Part shown: in pieces, positions 28,504-39,160 of the stretch
Layout of the letters: each line of letters begins with the position of its first letter
Position numbering within the stretch: position 1 is the stretch's first letter
Source: a virus
IMG/VR virus record: IMGVR_UViG_3300009177_000030
Span: 30,721-94,720 of that record
Reading direction: 5' to 3' (one strand)
DNA: 64,000 nucleotides
Made by a program: the position numbers and the translations under genes
The notes under the pieces: generated by a model
What the model was told of the DNA's origin: nothing
Seen by the model: the letters and a program-made list of their open reading frames with translations, nothing else
The model's database searches: none

Positions 28504-28688
28504 TCTGGCGGCGGCGTGGATGCTCAAACGGAGTAATCCGCTCTTACAATGAGCGGGGAGACACGCGGGAATGGTGGCCCATTCCATCGGTGGTGACGCA
28601 GGGGATGAGATGCCCCACGAAACGCAGAAATGCGGGGAGACGTTACAAGGCCACAAATCGATAGCCCGTTAGATTCGGGACCGCCAGA
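28504..28688 (+). ncRNA. tRNA-shaped non-coding RNA with expanded arms
   Basis: Closing stem TCTGGCGG/CCGCCAGA, D-like stem GCGTG/CACGC, central hairpin, T-like arm CCCG-TTAGATT-CGGG. Confidence 0.5.
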
Positions 28689-28708
28689 TTAAATTTTTAG
28701 GGGATGAA

Positions 28709-28930
28709 ATGAAAGTCACAAAAGACAAAGATTCGGTAGTCGTTAAATGCAGCGCCAAGGAAGCTCGGTTGATGGCGGCTGCCTGCGCTCAGGCGGCAGA
28801 AAAGCAGTATACCAGCGGGACGGAAGCCAAGATGGATTCATTGGCTAAGATCGCCCTTCAGGTGTCCAGCGAGTACAATGCCATAGCCGTTAAGATCCTG
28901 AGCGAGGCATCGTTCTGCGAGAACGTTTAA
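28709..28930 (+). CDS. Hypothetical protein
   Basis: 73 aa; GGGGA RBS. Confidence 0.55.
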   Translation: MKVTKDKDSVVVKCSAKEARLMAAACAQAAEKQYTSGTEAKMDSLAKIALQVSSEYNAIAVKILSEASFCENV

Positions 28931-28991
28931 ATGTTTCCACTCACTTAGCCTGCGCTCGTGAGTGGCCCCGGCTTACCGGCTGGGGGAGAAT

Positions 28992-29080
28992 TCTGGCGGT
29001 GATCGGGATGACTGACGGCTCCCCGATGAAAAGGTAATCGTTGGAGGTATGATGTGCGCCTCATGAAACAAGCCGCCAGA
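28992..29080 (+). ncRNA. Candidate three-way-junction RNA
   Basis: TCTGGCGG/CCGCCAGA closing stem; inner ATCGGG/CCCGAT and GAGG/CCTC helices. Confidence 0.4.
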
Positions 29081-29190
29081 GCAAGACCCTCGAAAGAGGT
29101 ACGGCAGGGATTGCGTATCTGAAGCGCAAGATCCTCCTCCCACGTTCCACCTCCGTGCGCCGGGAAGAGGTGGGTAAATTTGAGGAGATT

Positions 29191-29811
29191 ATGCCAGCGT
29201 TGTCGTTTACCGTCGAGTTTGTGATTGAAGAGTGCTGTGCTTGCCATATGATGTTCGCCGTGAGCAAGGACTTTCAGCGCCGCAAGCAAGTGGACCATGG
29301 GTCGTTTCACTGCCCAGAGGGACATACTATGTCCTATACCGGAAAGACCGAACTGGATCGCTTACGGGAGTCAACTACTGCAGCACAGCAGGCTCTTCAG
29401 GCCAAACTTAATGAGGCCAATCACGCGAAGTTGGTAGCTGAAAAAGAGCGCAATCAAATCGCCGCCGAGAAGAAGCGCATGGAAGCGCGTGCCGCGGCTG
29501 GTGTTTGCTTGTGCTGTAACCGTACCTTTGAAGATCTCGCACGCCATATGGAAAGTAAGCATTCCGGCGTTCTTGGCCCTGGGAAAGAGCAACGCCAGAT
29601 TGAGGGCGAGAGGGCAATGCCTGTAATGGTGGAGGAGTTGGAATTAGGTGTACGGGCATACAACTGTCTGAAGAACGCTGGCATTGACACTATTCAGGAG
29701 CTACTTGCGGCTCCATGCGCCACTTTATTTCAAATGAAAAACTTCGGCAAAAAATCAATGGATGAAATTAACGCAGAGTTGGGTCGACTTGGCCTGCCGG
29801 TGAAAAAATAA
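29191..29811 (+). CDS. Zn-finger/coiled-coil protein fused to an RNA polymerase alpha-CTD-like domain
   Basis: CCAC, HCPEGH and CLCC..H...H, then VEELELGVRAYNCLKNAGI...KNFGKKSMDEI. Confidence 0.85.
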   Translation: MPALSFTVEFVIEECCACHMMFAVSKDFQRRKQVDHGSFHCPEGHTMSYTGKTELDRLRESTTAAQQALQAKLNEANHAKLVAEKERNQIAAEKKRMEARAAAGVCLCCNRTFEDLARHMESKHSGVLGPGKEQRQIEGERAMPVMVEELELGVRAYNCLKNAGIDTIQELLAAPCATLFQMKNFGKKSMDEINAELGRLGLPVKK

Positions 29812-30266
29812 CCATGTCCCAAAAAACCAAACCCCGCACCCGCGTAATCATCGAACCCAAGAAAGTAGTCGAGCTCGGAGTCTATGTCTCCGCCGGGCAA
29901 TTGTCCAGGCTGGAGAAGATACTGAGCAACTGGAGCATTAAGTATTCGGTGCTGCCGGAGCCGGATGAGCCGTATGCGGATTTGAGTGAGTGGTATGAGG
30001 AGTGTAAATATGAGTCCGCTTAATAACGTCTCCGCCAGTGTTCCGGATAAGCTCGTAAAACCCGAGACCGCCCGCGTTCTCCGTGAAGAGATGAACTACC
30101 GGAACAAGAGCGAGAGTTGCAAGACTTGTGCCAACCACAAGGAAATCGACGATCCACACTTAGACCGTAGTTGGATGCAGGTGTGCGCTTTGTTCGAGAA
30201 GCAGTTGGGGCTTATCACCATCGAAGTCACTGGCATCTGCAAGCACTGGAAGGAACCGGAATCGCC

Positions 30267-31622
30267 ATGCGCATAGTTTCATTATCGGCCGAAAACATCA
30301 AACGCCTGAAGGTGGTAGAGATCACCCCGAAAGGTGACGTGGTTCAGATCACGGGCAGGAACGCGAGCGGCAAGAGTTCAGTCCTTGATTCAATTATGTA
30401 CGCCCTTGGCGGCGAGAAGTCAATCCCCGGTAAGCCAGTCCGCGAAGGCTGCGATAAGGCCAAGATCAAACTGAACCTCGGCACCGTGGTAGTCGAGCGC
30501 CGGTTCACACCGTCCGGAACGACCATCAGCGTCACGAGCGCAGACGGTGCCACCTACAAGTCTCCACAGAAGATGCTGGACGATCTCCTCGGGGCGCTGA
30601 CGTTCGATCCTCTCGCATTCTCACGTCAGAAGCCTCGGGATCAGTTTGATACGCTCCGCAAACTGGTAAATCTGCCGATCGACATCGACGCGCTGAACGC
30701 AGCGAACCAGAACGACTACGAATACCGCACGGAGATCAACCGGCAGACGAAGCAATTTCGAACGCAGGCAGAAGCCATAAGGGTGCCGGATAGCACTCCG
30801 GTGGAACCAGAAGACGAGTCCGCCTTTTTGGATGGAATTGAGCGCGCCGGAACTGTCAATGCAGATATTCAGCGGCGGCAGGCGAACCGGGAAAAGGCGG
30901 TTAAGGACGTTGCAGATTTACGAGCCAGGGCGGTTGCCGTCCGGGATGCATTCTTAAACGCGACCAGTGAAGCGGGCGAGCGCATTACTGATCTGCAAAA
31001 ACAAATCGAGGATATCAAGGCACGTCTCCAGCGAGACGCTAAGGCTGCTGATGAATCGGCGGCGGCCAGCGAATCGGCTGCGAATGCTCTGGAAGCTAAG
31101 CTATTATCTGCCCCGCTACTGCCCGAACCGGTATCCATCTCCGACCTCCGAACCAAACTCGACGCTGCGAAGATCCGCAACGTTGCCGTGGCTGAACGCA
31201 AACGCCGGGAAGCCCTGCTCGAGCAGGCCCAACAGTCCGAAGCCGTGGCGAAGTCCCTCACCGACGCCATGGAGGTGCGCGACAAGCAAAAAGAGGACGC
31301 TATCAAGGCGGCCACTATGCCGGTGTCTGGACTTGGATTCGGAAGCGATCACGTCACGTATAACGGGATCCCGTTCGATCAGGCGAGCTCGGCTGAGAAG
31401 TTGAGGGTATCCGCCGCTATCGCTATGGCTGGGAATCCGAAGTTGCGGGTGATCCGGATTCAGGATGGATCGTTGCTGGACGAGGACGGCCTGAAGATCA
31501 TCAGCGACATGGCCGCAGAGAAAGACTATCAGGTGTGGCTCGAAGCCGTGGATTCGACCGGTAAGGTCGGCATCTACATGGAGGATGGCGAGGTTGCGGC
31601 GGTGAATGAGGCGAAGGCGTGA
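30267..31622 (+). CDS. SMC/RecF-like coiled-coil AAA ATPase
   Basis: AENIKRL, Walker A GRNASGKSS, long coiled coil, ASSAE signature-like, IQDGSLLD. Confidence 0.85.
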   Translation: MRIVSLSAENIKRLKVVEITPKGDVVQITGRNASGKSSVLDSIMYALGGEKSIPGKPVREGCDKAKIKLNLGTVVVERRFTPSGTTISVTSADGATYKSPQKMLDDLLGALTFDPLAFSRQKPRDQFDTLRKLVNLPIDIDALNAANQNDYEYRTEINRQTKQFRTQAEAIRVPDSTPVEPEDESAFLDGIERAGTVNADIQRRQANREKAVKDVADLRARAVAVRDAFLNATSEAGERITDLQKQIEDIKARLQRDAKAADESAAASESAANALEAKLLSAPLLPEPVSISDLRTKLDAAKIRNVAVAERKRREALLEQAQQSEAVAKSLTDAMEVRDKQKEDAIKAATMPVSGLGFGSDHVTYNGIPFDQASSAEKLRVSAAIAMAGNPKLRVIRIQDGSLLDEDGLKIISDMAAEKDYQVWLEAVDSTGKVGIYMEDGEVAAVNEAKA

Positions 31623-31990
31623 CCCATCAGCAGTTAGAAATCCTCCAGCACGCGCTGGGTGTAGACGAATATGGCCGGGGCCAACAATACCGGGACCACT
31701 TCGCGGCTGGCGGGGAAGACATACCCATTTGCCAGGAACTGATCGCTCTCGGCTACATGCGCCAAGTCGCAACGACTGCGGTGTTTCAGGACTTCAACTG
31801 CCGGGTCACCGAGGAAGGCAAAGCGGCCATGCTCCGGGAGAGTCCGGCGCCGCCCGTACTGACCCGGGGACAGAAACGATATCGGCACTGGCTGAAGGTT
31901 TCGGATTGCTTCCCGGATTGGAAGTTTGGGGATTATCTAAAGAAGTATGTGCGGCCTGAGGCTGGTGGCGTGCTGGGGGATTATCTGTGA
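31619..31990 (+). CDS. Phage hypothetical protein
   Basis: ILQHALG...YRDHF; GTGA coupling. Confidence 0.65.
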   Translation: MTHQQLEILQHALGVDEYGRGQQYRDHFAAGGEDIPICQELIALGYMRQVATTAVFQDFNCRVTEEGKAAMLRESPAPPVLTRGQKRYRHWLKVSDCFPDWKFGDYLKKYVRPEAGGVLGDYL

Positions 31991-32233
31991 AATCCACCCG
32001 CACCTCAGACCGCGAATTTACGCAATCCGTAGGCATCAAACAGGACTGCGAAATGTGCGAACTCCTGCACATCGACATCGAACGCCAGAAGGACGAGACC
32101 ACCCATAGGGAACAGGTCTGCTGGTTCCTGATTCAGGTTGCCTTGAGCCGAGAGAGTCGTCTGCGAACGTGGAAGTTGGCTGCGTTTGGTGGCTGGGTTA
32201 TGGCGGTCCTGCTGGGGATTGCGAGCCTTCATC

Positions 32234-32623
32234 ATGCCTAAAATCCACAACCGTATCGAACGCACCAAAATGGAACACATCCGTATGCAGGCGGCTCGGT
32301 GCTTTGCGGTGGGCAGCACGCAGGCTGATATAACGCGGCTGTATAACGTAAGCCGAACGACGGCTATGAAGTGGCACCGGGCCTGGAAGCGTGGCGGCGC
32401 GAAGGCACTCGAGCAGCGCAAAGCTACCGGGCGGCCGAGATTTGTGGGGATTGAGGCTATCCGGGAGTTTATCGAAAGCTTAGATATGGAAGGCCAGACG
32501 ACGGAGTCGATGGTTGCGGAACTCAGCATGCGTTTCGGGGTGGAGTACGACAAGGATCACGTGGGGCGGATTTTGAATCGGTTGGGGTATCGGTGGATCG
32601 GGAGGGGGTGGGGGCGTGGATAA
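32234..32623 (+). CDS. IS630-transposase-type tandem HTH protein without catalytic domain
   Basis: VSRTTAMKW..AWKRGG..AL....TGRP and FGVEY....VGRILNRLGY. Confidence 0.7.
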   Translation: MPKIHNRIERTKMEHIRMQAARCFAVGSTQADITRLYNVSRTTAMKWHRAWKRGGAKALEQRKATGRPRFVGIEAIREFIESLDMEGQTTESMVAELSMRFGVEYDKDHVGRILNRLGYRWIGRGWGRG

Positions 32624-33390
32624 CTATATTGCACCTGAAGGAACTGAATGGGTCTGTGGCGCATGCGGTCGGCACGGTTCGGACCGGACCAGAATTGGTG
32701 ATGAGTCCTGTTTCCTGAATGCGGTTCTGTGTCGCAAGAAGCTGGTCGTTGGGGAAGATGGTTGTGAGTGGGAGGCGGTAGAATGATCCACCGCCGCATC
32801 GACGACAACGAACTGAACAAAGACGCCAAGTTTGAGTGCGGCATCGCATGGCCGTTGCCGGAAGGCGATCTGTACGTCTGGGACAGCGAGTTATTCATGA
32901 CCCATCGGATTACGTGCGAGGGCTGCGGAGGTGGACCGCCAAGGCCAATCGGAACTCCGATATCCGAACTCTCAGGCCAGCCGGGGCATCCCGGCTATAA
33001 AAAGTTCTGCGACATCGCCCGATCGTGGGGGTACGAATGAGCAAAATGACTCAGGAGGAATTTATCGCAATCCTCTTTGCGGACTTAAATTATGACACCG
33101 CCGCCCAGCGCAAAGGTTGGCTGCAACTCCGGTTTCAGGTGAACTTTCCGGATGAGTTGACGGTGGCCCAGAAGTCTCGGGCTATTGAGATGTTGAAGGC
33201 GGAGAAGAGCGGAGAGCCGGAGGATGAGGATGATTGAATTTTTTTGGTGTACGCTGGCAGCGGGATCCGCATTCTGGATCTGCGCCGCCCTTCACGAGAT
33301 CCACCAAGACCTGGTTCGCATCGGCGACATCCTGCGCGACAAGCAGTTGGAGATACCGAGTCCGTTGATGGTTGAAAGGTATGAAAGCAA

Positions 33391-33720
33391 ATGAATAATC
33401 CAAAACTATACCGAGAGATGTCCGAGCCGCACGCGACTGCTGCCGAAGTTAACGCTTCCCTCCAGGCGTTTTTCGATGATCTTGGCGAACTGCGCAAGAA
33501 ACACAAATTGCGCGATATCGTCGCTATCGTAAACACCTCCTACTTGGCCAGCGACGGCATCGAAGAGATTGACGGCGGCTCGTGGTTTGGATACGGGAAT
33601 TCCATGAATTACGAAATAATGCTGGCGCACACCTTGGGCATCGTTCAGACTGAACGGCAGGAAATGCTAGCTCGGGCTATGTCTGCGCCTCTCCGGAAGG
33701 GCGGATCGACTCATGGCTAG
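33391..33720 (+). CDS. Hypothetical protein
   Basis: 109 aa in a coupled run of small genes. Confidence 0.55.
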   Translation: MNNPKLYREMSEPHATAAEVNASLQAFFDDLGELRKKHKLRDIVAIVNTSYLASDGIEEIDGGSWFGYGNSMNYEIMLAHTLGIVQTERQEMLARAMSAPLRKGGSTHG

Positions 33721-34000
33721 CCACCTCAAAATCATCGAAACCCACGACACAGGAAAGACGAAAGTCTTCACGGTCCATCCGGCGGCTGGTGGCGGCGCTA
33801 TCGGTCGCATCCTCTGGTACTCCCAATGGCGGCGGTACACGCTTCAGCCGGCGAGCGCTACGGTGTGGGATTCCTCGTGCCTGCTGGAAGTGCGGGATTT
33901 TATTGACCGGTTGATGCTGGACCGGGATCCGCGGCATCAGAAACTCGTTAAAGAGGCGGCTGCGGCCATGGTGGCCGATATGTATGGGGACGGGGATTGA
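33713..34000 (+). CDS. Phage hypothetical protein (IGRILWYSQWRRY)
   Basis: Coupled ORF. Confidence 0.6.
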   Translation: MASHLKIIETHDTGKTKVFTVHPAAGGGAIGRILWYSQWRRYTLQPASATVWDSSCLLEVRDFIDRLMLDRDPRHQKLVKEAAAAMVADMYGDGD

Positions 34001-34454
34001 TGGAAAATCCTCCTATCCAAAGCATTTCCGCTGCCGCCAAAATGCGCGACAATCTGTCGGCCGAGATAACTGCACTTGTCGTTAAGTACGAGCAGCAGAC
34101 GGGCTTGACTATCAACGGACTACCGATTCTTCGAACTATTCTAAAGGACCGGCGCGGTTACAAAACAAATCAGATGCGTGTGGGCGTTAATGCTCAGTTG
34201 CCTGGAAATGGGGCGGAATAATGCTGCAACTCTGGCGCATAACGATGCGGAAACTGGCCTATGTTGAATCGGGGCGATTCATTCACGCAAAGGAAATCGC
34301 CATAAAATCCCGTTCCGAAATTGAGGCCGTAGCGTTTGCAAAGAAGAATATCCACTCGCCGGAATGGTGGGAAGGCTACATCATTACTGAAGTGAAGTGG
34401 ATCGGCGAACTGTGGGCGGCGGAAGGCTTTACCTGTCCGATGGAGGAAGATTAG

Positions 34455-35060
34455 ATGAAAGAGCGCGGCATTCTATTCTCAGCCCCAATGGTGCGCGCGA
34501 ATCGGGCCGGAGTTAAGACGCAAACCAGACGCACGCGCGGGCTGGATAAGATCAACGAAGCGCCGGATTCATGGTCATACGAATACGCTGGTGGCGTTGA
34601 TAATGCGTGGCATACGTTTGTTCAGATTGGGCACAACCCTGACGCTCTGAAAATTCGATGCCCCTATGGTGTTCCATGTGACCGGCTGTGGGTTCGCGAA
34701 ACATGGACTGGCTCGTGGGCGTACGAAACAATGCACATCGTCTACGCTGCCGATGGCGCAGAACGCGATCTAGAGATTCCAGACGTTCCCGCCGATTACC
34801 AATTACCGAAAGCCGCTCTCAAGCCGCTCAACTGGGTTTCTCCGCTATTTCTGCCGCGCTGGGCATCTCGCGACACGCTGGAGGTGGTGAGCGCTCGACC
34901 TGAGCGATTACAGGACATCACGGAGGCGGATGCGCTCGCGGAAGGCTTCGGCCCACGGCAGTCAATTGCTCTGTTTCGTGGAACGTGGTCGGTTATTAAC
35001 GGCCTCGAATCGTGGAATTTAAATCCTTGGGTCTGGCGCGTGGAGTACCGCCGCTTATGA
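34455..35060 (+). CDS. ASCH/PUA-like phage protein
   Basis: ILFSAPMV..KTQTRR, DRLWVRETW, ERLQDITEADALAEG and NPWVW. Confidence 0.8.
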   Translation: MKERGILFSAPMVRANRAGVKTQTRRTRGLDKINEAPDSWSYEYAGGVDNAWHTFVQIGHNPDALKIRCPYGVPCDRLWVRETWTGSWAYETMHIVYAADGAERDLEIPDVPADYQLPKAALKPLNWVSPLFLPRWASRDTLEVVSARPERLQDITEADALAEGFGPRQSIALFRGTWSVINGLESWNLNPWVWRVEYRRL

Positions 35061-35551
35061 GCAACCTCTTCCTCGACTCCGGCGCCACCTTCAGCGAGGA
35101 CCGGAAATACCGAAGTTTGCTGTGGAGGATTTGGGATAATTCTATGCCATTGTTGTGCGTAGTGCTTTTGAACCCGAGCGTTGCGGCTGAAGAAGAATCA
35201 GACAGCACGGTGACCCGCCAGATCGAACGCGCACACCGGATGGGATGCGGTGGTCTACTGGTCGTGAATGCCTACGACTTTGTATCGACAGATCCAAAGT
35301 ACATGAAAGCTCAGGATGTGCCGTCTAGCCTGGAGAACGATGCCGCTATCCTTGCAGCCTGTAAACGGGCTGTGGACTCCGGCGGCATGGTGATCTGTGG
35401 CTGGGGCGGTAATTGCACACAGGCGCGGCACAATGAACTTGTGCGGTTGCTTCAGGGGATACCGCTCCATGCGTTGAAAGTGAATGCTGACGGCTCGCCT
35501 CAGCATCCGTTATATTTGGGATATTCCGTGCAGCCTGTGAGGTGGCCATAA
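35057..35551 (+). CDS. DUF1643-family protein
   Basis: YRSLLWRIW, LNPSVA....D.T, ICGWG and PQHPLY. Confidence 0.85.
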   Translation: MSNLFLDSGATFSEDRKYRSLLWRIWDNSMPLLCVVLLNPSVAAEEESDSTVTRQIERAHRMGCGGLLVVNAYDFVSTDPKYMKAQDVPSSLENDAAILAACKRAVDSGGMVICGWGGNCTQARHNELVRLLQGIPLHALKVNADGSPQHPLYLGYSVQPVRWP

Positions 35552-35885
35552 TGCTCAACCCCAACCACGCATGGATCTCCAAGATCAAGAAAGGCGACGT
35601 CCTGCGATCCGGAACCGGCATGCTCCGAATTGTCCGCCGGGTGAGCCATTCCTTCATTAAATACTACGGCATCCGAACGTCAGTGACGTTCACAATTCAG
35701 GCTTGCTCATGGACCGGCAGGCCCTATACCGTCCTCACTGGCAACGATCTGGTGCAGATGGGGTACATTCCGATGCGTGGGAGATTTGCGCTGAAGACTA
35801 AATTCGACAGGACGCTGGAGCGGGATTTTTCGGCCGATACGGCGGCGGACTGTGAATTAACGTGTTGTGATGTGAAAGGAGTAGC

Positions 35886-36311
35886 ATGAGCCGGCACGGC
35901 TACAACGACGATATCGACAACTGGGCCATGATTAAATGGCGTGGTCAGGTAGCAAGCGCTATTCGAGGCCGGCGTGGACAGAAACTCCTCACTGATCTAC
36001 TCGCAGCCTTAGATGCCATGCCAGAGAAACGCCTCATCGCTCATGAGTTAGAGGAAGTAGACGGCGAAGTGTGCGCGCTCGGTGCTTTGGGTAAAGCGCG
36101 CGGCATGGACATGAAGGAACTCGACCCGGAGGAGCCGGAGTCCGTAGCTGCCGCGTTTGACATCGCGCCGCAGTTGGCGCGGGAGATCGTTTACGAGAAC
36201 GATGAGTATGACTGGATTTATGTGGATTCTGGTCGCCGGGAAGTAACTCCTGAAGAACGGTGGGCTTATATGCGGAAGTGGGTAGTGGGGCGGATTAAGG
36301 TGACCGCATGA
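35886..36311 (+). CDS. Phage hypothetical protein
   Basis: MSRHGYNDD...GRRGQ..L..LDAMPEK; ATGA coupling. Confidence 0.7.
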   Translation: MSRHGYNDDIDNWAMIKWRGQVASAIRGRRGQKLLTDLLAALDAMPEKRLIAHELEEVDGEVCALGALGKARGMDMKELDPEEPESVAAAFDIAPQLAREIVYENDEYDWIYVDSGRREVTPEERWAYMRKWVVGRIKVTA

Positions 36312-36817
36312 TCGCCAAACTAATAACTGCTTACGGAAAACCAACCATCCTCGCGTGCGATGCTCAGTGCGGATTGGCGTGGGGTATCCAAAATCGTCCG
36401 CGCGTTCGTTTTGACGATGAGGACGATTACGCCTTCCTGTCTGACATTGAAGCCCTGGCTTCTACAGGGCCAGCGCCGGAAGACCCTGGCACCTACGAAG
36501 GTCCTGACGGAAAACCTGTTGGTGATGAAGATCGTCTGAATCGGTGGTGCTTTCGGGAATGTGAGCGTTCCGTGTCTACCTCGGGGCACGGGTTGATTCA
36601 ACTGGATGATTGGTCGCGGCGTGTTTATAATCAGCCGGGCAAGCATCGGGATGAGCGGGAAGCGGAGAAACCAGAACCCCTGCCGGAGCGAATGGACCAC
36701 TGCCATGCAGGTCGGGACGGAGAATGCAACTGGAAGGCTTGCCCGCAAATCCGCGACAACGAGCCGACTGCCACCGGGCGGCATTGCCCTCTTGATGTTT
36801 GGAGGGAGGAAGATTGA
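36308..36817 (+). CDS. Cys-rich hypothetical protein
   Basis: PEDPGTYEG, NRWCFRECER and a C-terminal Cys cluster. Confidence 0.65.
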   Translation: MIAKLITAYGKPTILACDAQCGLAWGIQNRPRVRFDDEDDYAFLSDIEALASTGPAPEDPGTYEGPDGKPVGDEDRLNRWCFRECERSVSTSGHGLIQLDDWSRRVYNQPGKHRDEREAEKPEPLPERMDHCHAGRDGECNWKACPQIRDNEPTATGRHCPLDVWREED

Positions 36818-38451
36818 GTTTCACGCTCCGGCCATACCAAGACCATGACTTCAGCGAACTTCGGCAGCAACTGAGGCACTTTCGCTCGGTACTGTATTGC
36901 CTTCCCACCGGCGGAGGTAAGGGCACCGTTATCGCGCAGATGGTTGCGAATGCGGTCGCTAAGAAAAAGTTCGTAATCTTCGCGGTCAGGGGCCTCGCCC
37001 TCTGCCACGACATGAGCCGTCGACTGACAAAGCTAGGGATCAAGCACGGCGTTCTTATGGGAGGCCATAAGCGCGAGCGGTGGTATCCAGTACAGGTCGC
37101 AAGCATTGACACCCTGCACCGGATAAAGCATAAACCGCAGTGTGACCTGCTGATAATAGACGAGGCCCGCACGTTCATGAGCGCCACCGGGCGTATGGTT
37201 CTCCAGGAATATCCTAACGCCAAGATCGTTGGTATGGATGCCACGCCCGCCCTCCTGAACGGGCAGGGACTCGGTGTTTCAACTGGCGGAATATTTGAAT
37301 CCATGGTGACTGGGCCCACTGAGCAGGCCCTGATTGACATGAAATTCTTATCCCCGTCCATCCCTATCGGGACTCAGGATCCGATCGACGTCAGCGGCAT
37401 TGAAAAGACTGGTGGCGACTTCAATCAAAAGAAACTGGCCGAGGTTTGCGACAAAGTAAAGTTGGTCGGCGACATCGTAGAGAACTGGTTGCGCCACGGA
37501 GAATATCGAAAATCTCTGGCCTTCGGTGTGGACCAGAAGCACGCTAAGCATATTCAGGAGCAGTTTGTCTCTGCGGGCGTCCAGTTCGAGTACGTCGACG
37601 CTTCCACGCCGGACGACGAGCGCGAGGATATATACGATCGACTGGACCGTGGGCCTTTGGTCGGGATATCGAACTGCATGATAGCGGGGGTTGGGTTCGA
37701 TCACCCGGTCATATCCTGCGTAATCGCCGCTAGGCCAACCGCCTCGTTAACGCTGTGGCGCCAGATGATAGGCCGCGGCGGACGTATTTGCCCGGACTGT
37801 GCGCAGCATGGCAAGTGCAAATTCCACCCAACAGGAAAGAAGAATTTTATCATTCTTGACCACGCCGGGAATGGCATTCGCCACTGGCCGTATGGATTTT
37901 TCGAAACGCCGCCGATATGGACTCTCGATGGGCCACAAAAGCCACCTAAGGATGGCAACAAGGCGGCTCCGGTGTCGATGTGTAAGCGTCCAGTCCCGAT
38001 ACCTGAAACTGGAGTTCCTTCTTTTTTCAAGGGCCCAATATCGAAGGATGGAAAATTCATGTTGCCCGGTTTTCATCAATTCCGTGCCGGTCCAGAGATT
38101 TGCCCGTACTGCGGAATCCCGCTACGTGGGCCCGGTCGCGACATCGAAGTCGAGGCTGGGCAACTCACGGACCTGTCTGCACTACGCGAGCAGGCCAAGA
38201 CTGAGGTCAAAGAAAAAAGCGCGAAGATGGTAGCGTATGAAGAACGAATGCGCCGACGCTATCTGGAATTGGTGAAGACCGCCATGACATCCACCAAGAA
38301 AGACGGCTCACCGTTTTCGAAAAACTACCCGAGCATGGCCTTTGAAATCGAGTTTCACCGCTGGCCGAAAAAGGAATGGAAGGAAGAGGCGATTAAGTTG
38401 TACGGCGGCCCGGTGGTGGTGAAAGAATACTTGCAGGAGTCATTGATATGA
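36814..38451 (+). CDS. Superfamily 2 DEAD/DEAH-like helicase
   Basis: LRPYQ, PTGGGKG, IIDEA, ATP, GVGFD, QMIGRGGR and ILDHAGN; TTG with GGAGGA RBS. Confidence 0.92.
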   Translation: MSFTLRPYQDHDFSELRQQLRHFRSVLYCLPTGGGKGTVIAQMVANAVAKKKFVIFAVRGLALCHDMSRRLTKLGIKHGVLMGGHKRERWYPVQVASIDTLHRIKHKPQCDLLIIDEARTFMSATGRMVLQEYPNAKIVGMDATPALLNGQGLGVSTGGIFESMVTGPTEQALIDMKFLSPSIPIGTQDPIDVSGIEKTGGDFNQKKLAEVCDKVKLVGDIVENWLRHGEYRKSLAFGVDQKHAKHIQEQFVSAGVQFEYVDASTPDDEREDIYDRLDRGPLVGISNCMIAGVGFDHPVISCVIAARPTASLTLWRQMIGRGGRICPDCAQHGKCKFHPTGKKNFIILDHAGNGIRHWPYGFFETPPIWTLDGPQKPPKDGNKAAPVSMCKRPVPIPETGVPSFFKGPISKDGKFMLPGFHQFRAGPEICPYCGIPLRGPGRDIEVEAGQLTDLSALREQAKTEVKEKSAKMVAYEERMRRRYLELVKTAMTSTKKDGSPFSKNYPSMAFEIEFHRWPKKEWKEEAIKLYGGPVVVKEYLQESLI

Positions 38452-39160
38452 CCGTCCGCGAACTAATCACCGAACTCCAGGCACTGCCCGATCAGAACAA
38501 ACGAGCCATGTATCCGTACAAGTACTTCCAGGACGACAGCAAAGGAAACGTGGTGGAATTCGAGACTGAGGAGATAACGGATCTTGAGGTTACCGACACT
38601 GAGGTGCGTTTAATATGACCAACCGCGAAGCCCACGAACAAGCCGCCGGCATGGGGCTGGAAGAATCGTTTTTTCGTTTTAACGGGATTGATCCGGAGGG
38701 GGAGTATGGCCCACAGGTGGCGCATCCGAAACCAAGAACCATCGACGATCTGGTATTGGAGCGGGCCTTCATCTACAATACAATCCACCACCGCGACATG
38801 CAGCCGTATGAGTATTCTTACGCGCTCGAGGTGGAACTGGCTCGGGTGCGGTTGGTGTTGCGGAAGATACAGGCAGAGTCGCGCCCGTCGGGTGAAGACT
38901 TCGGGAATAGCGCTGTGCTGAAGTTGGCGGAGGAAGGGTTGAAGTGCTGAAGAAAGCCTGGCTCACGCCGCACACCCCAGAACTGAGCACACTTACGCTG
39001 GAATCATTAAACCTGACGCCGGAACACATGCGGTTATCGGCTGACCAGCGCACATTCCCGGCCGCCAATCCAGAGCATCACGTAACCGTTATCGGGCTGC
39101 TTTATGATAACGATTTGCGGCAGATCATGTTTGCTATCAAGGATTATCTGGACGGTAAGG

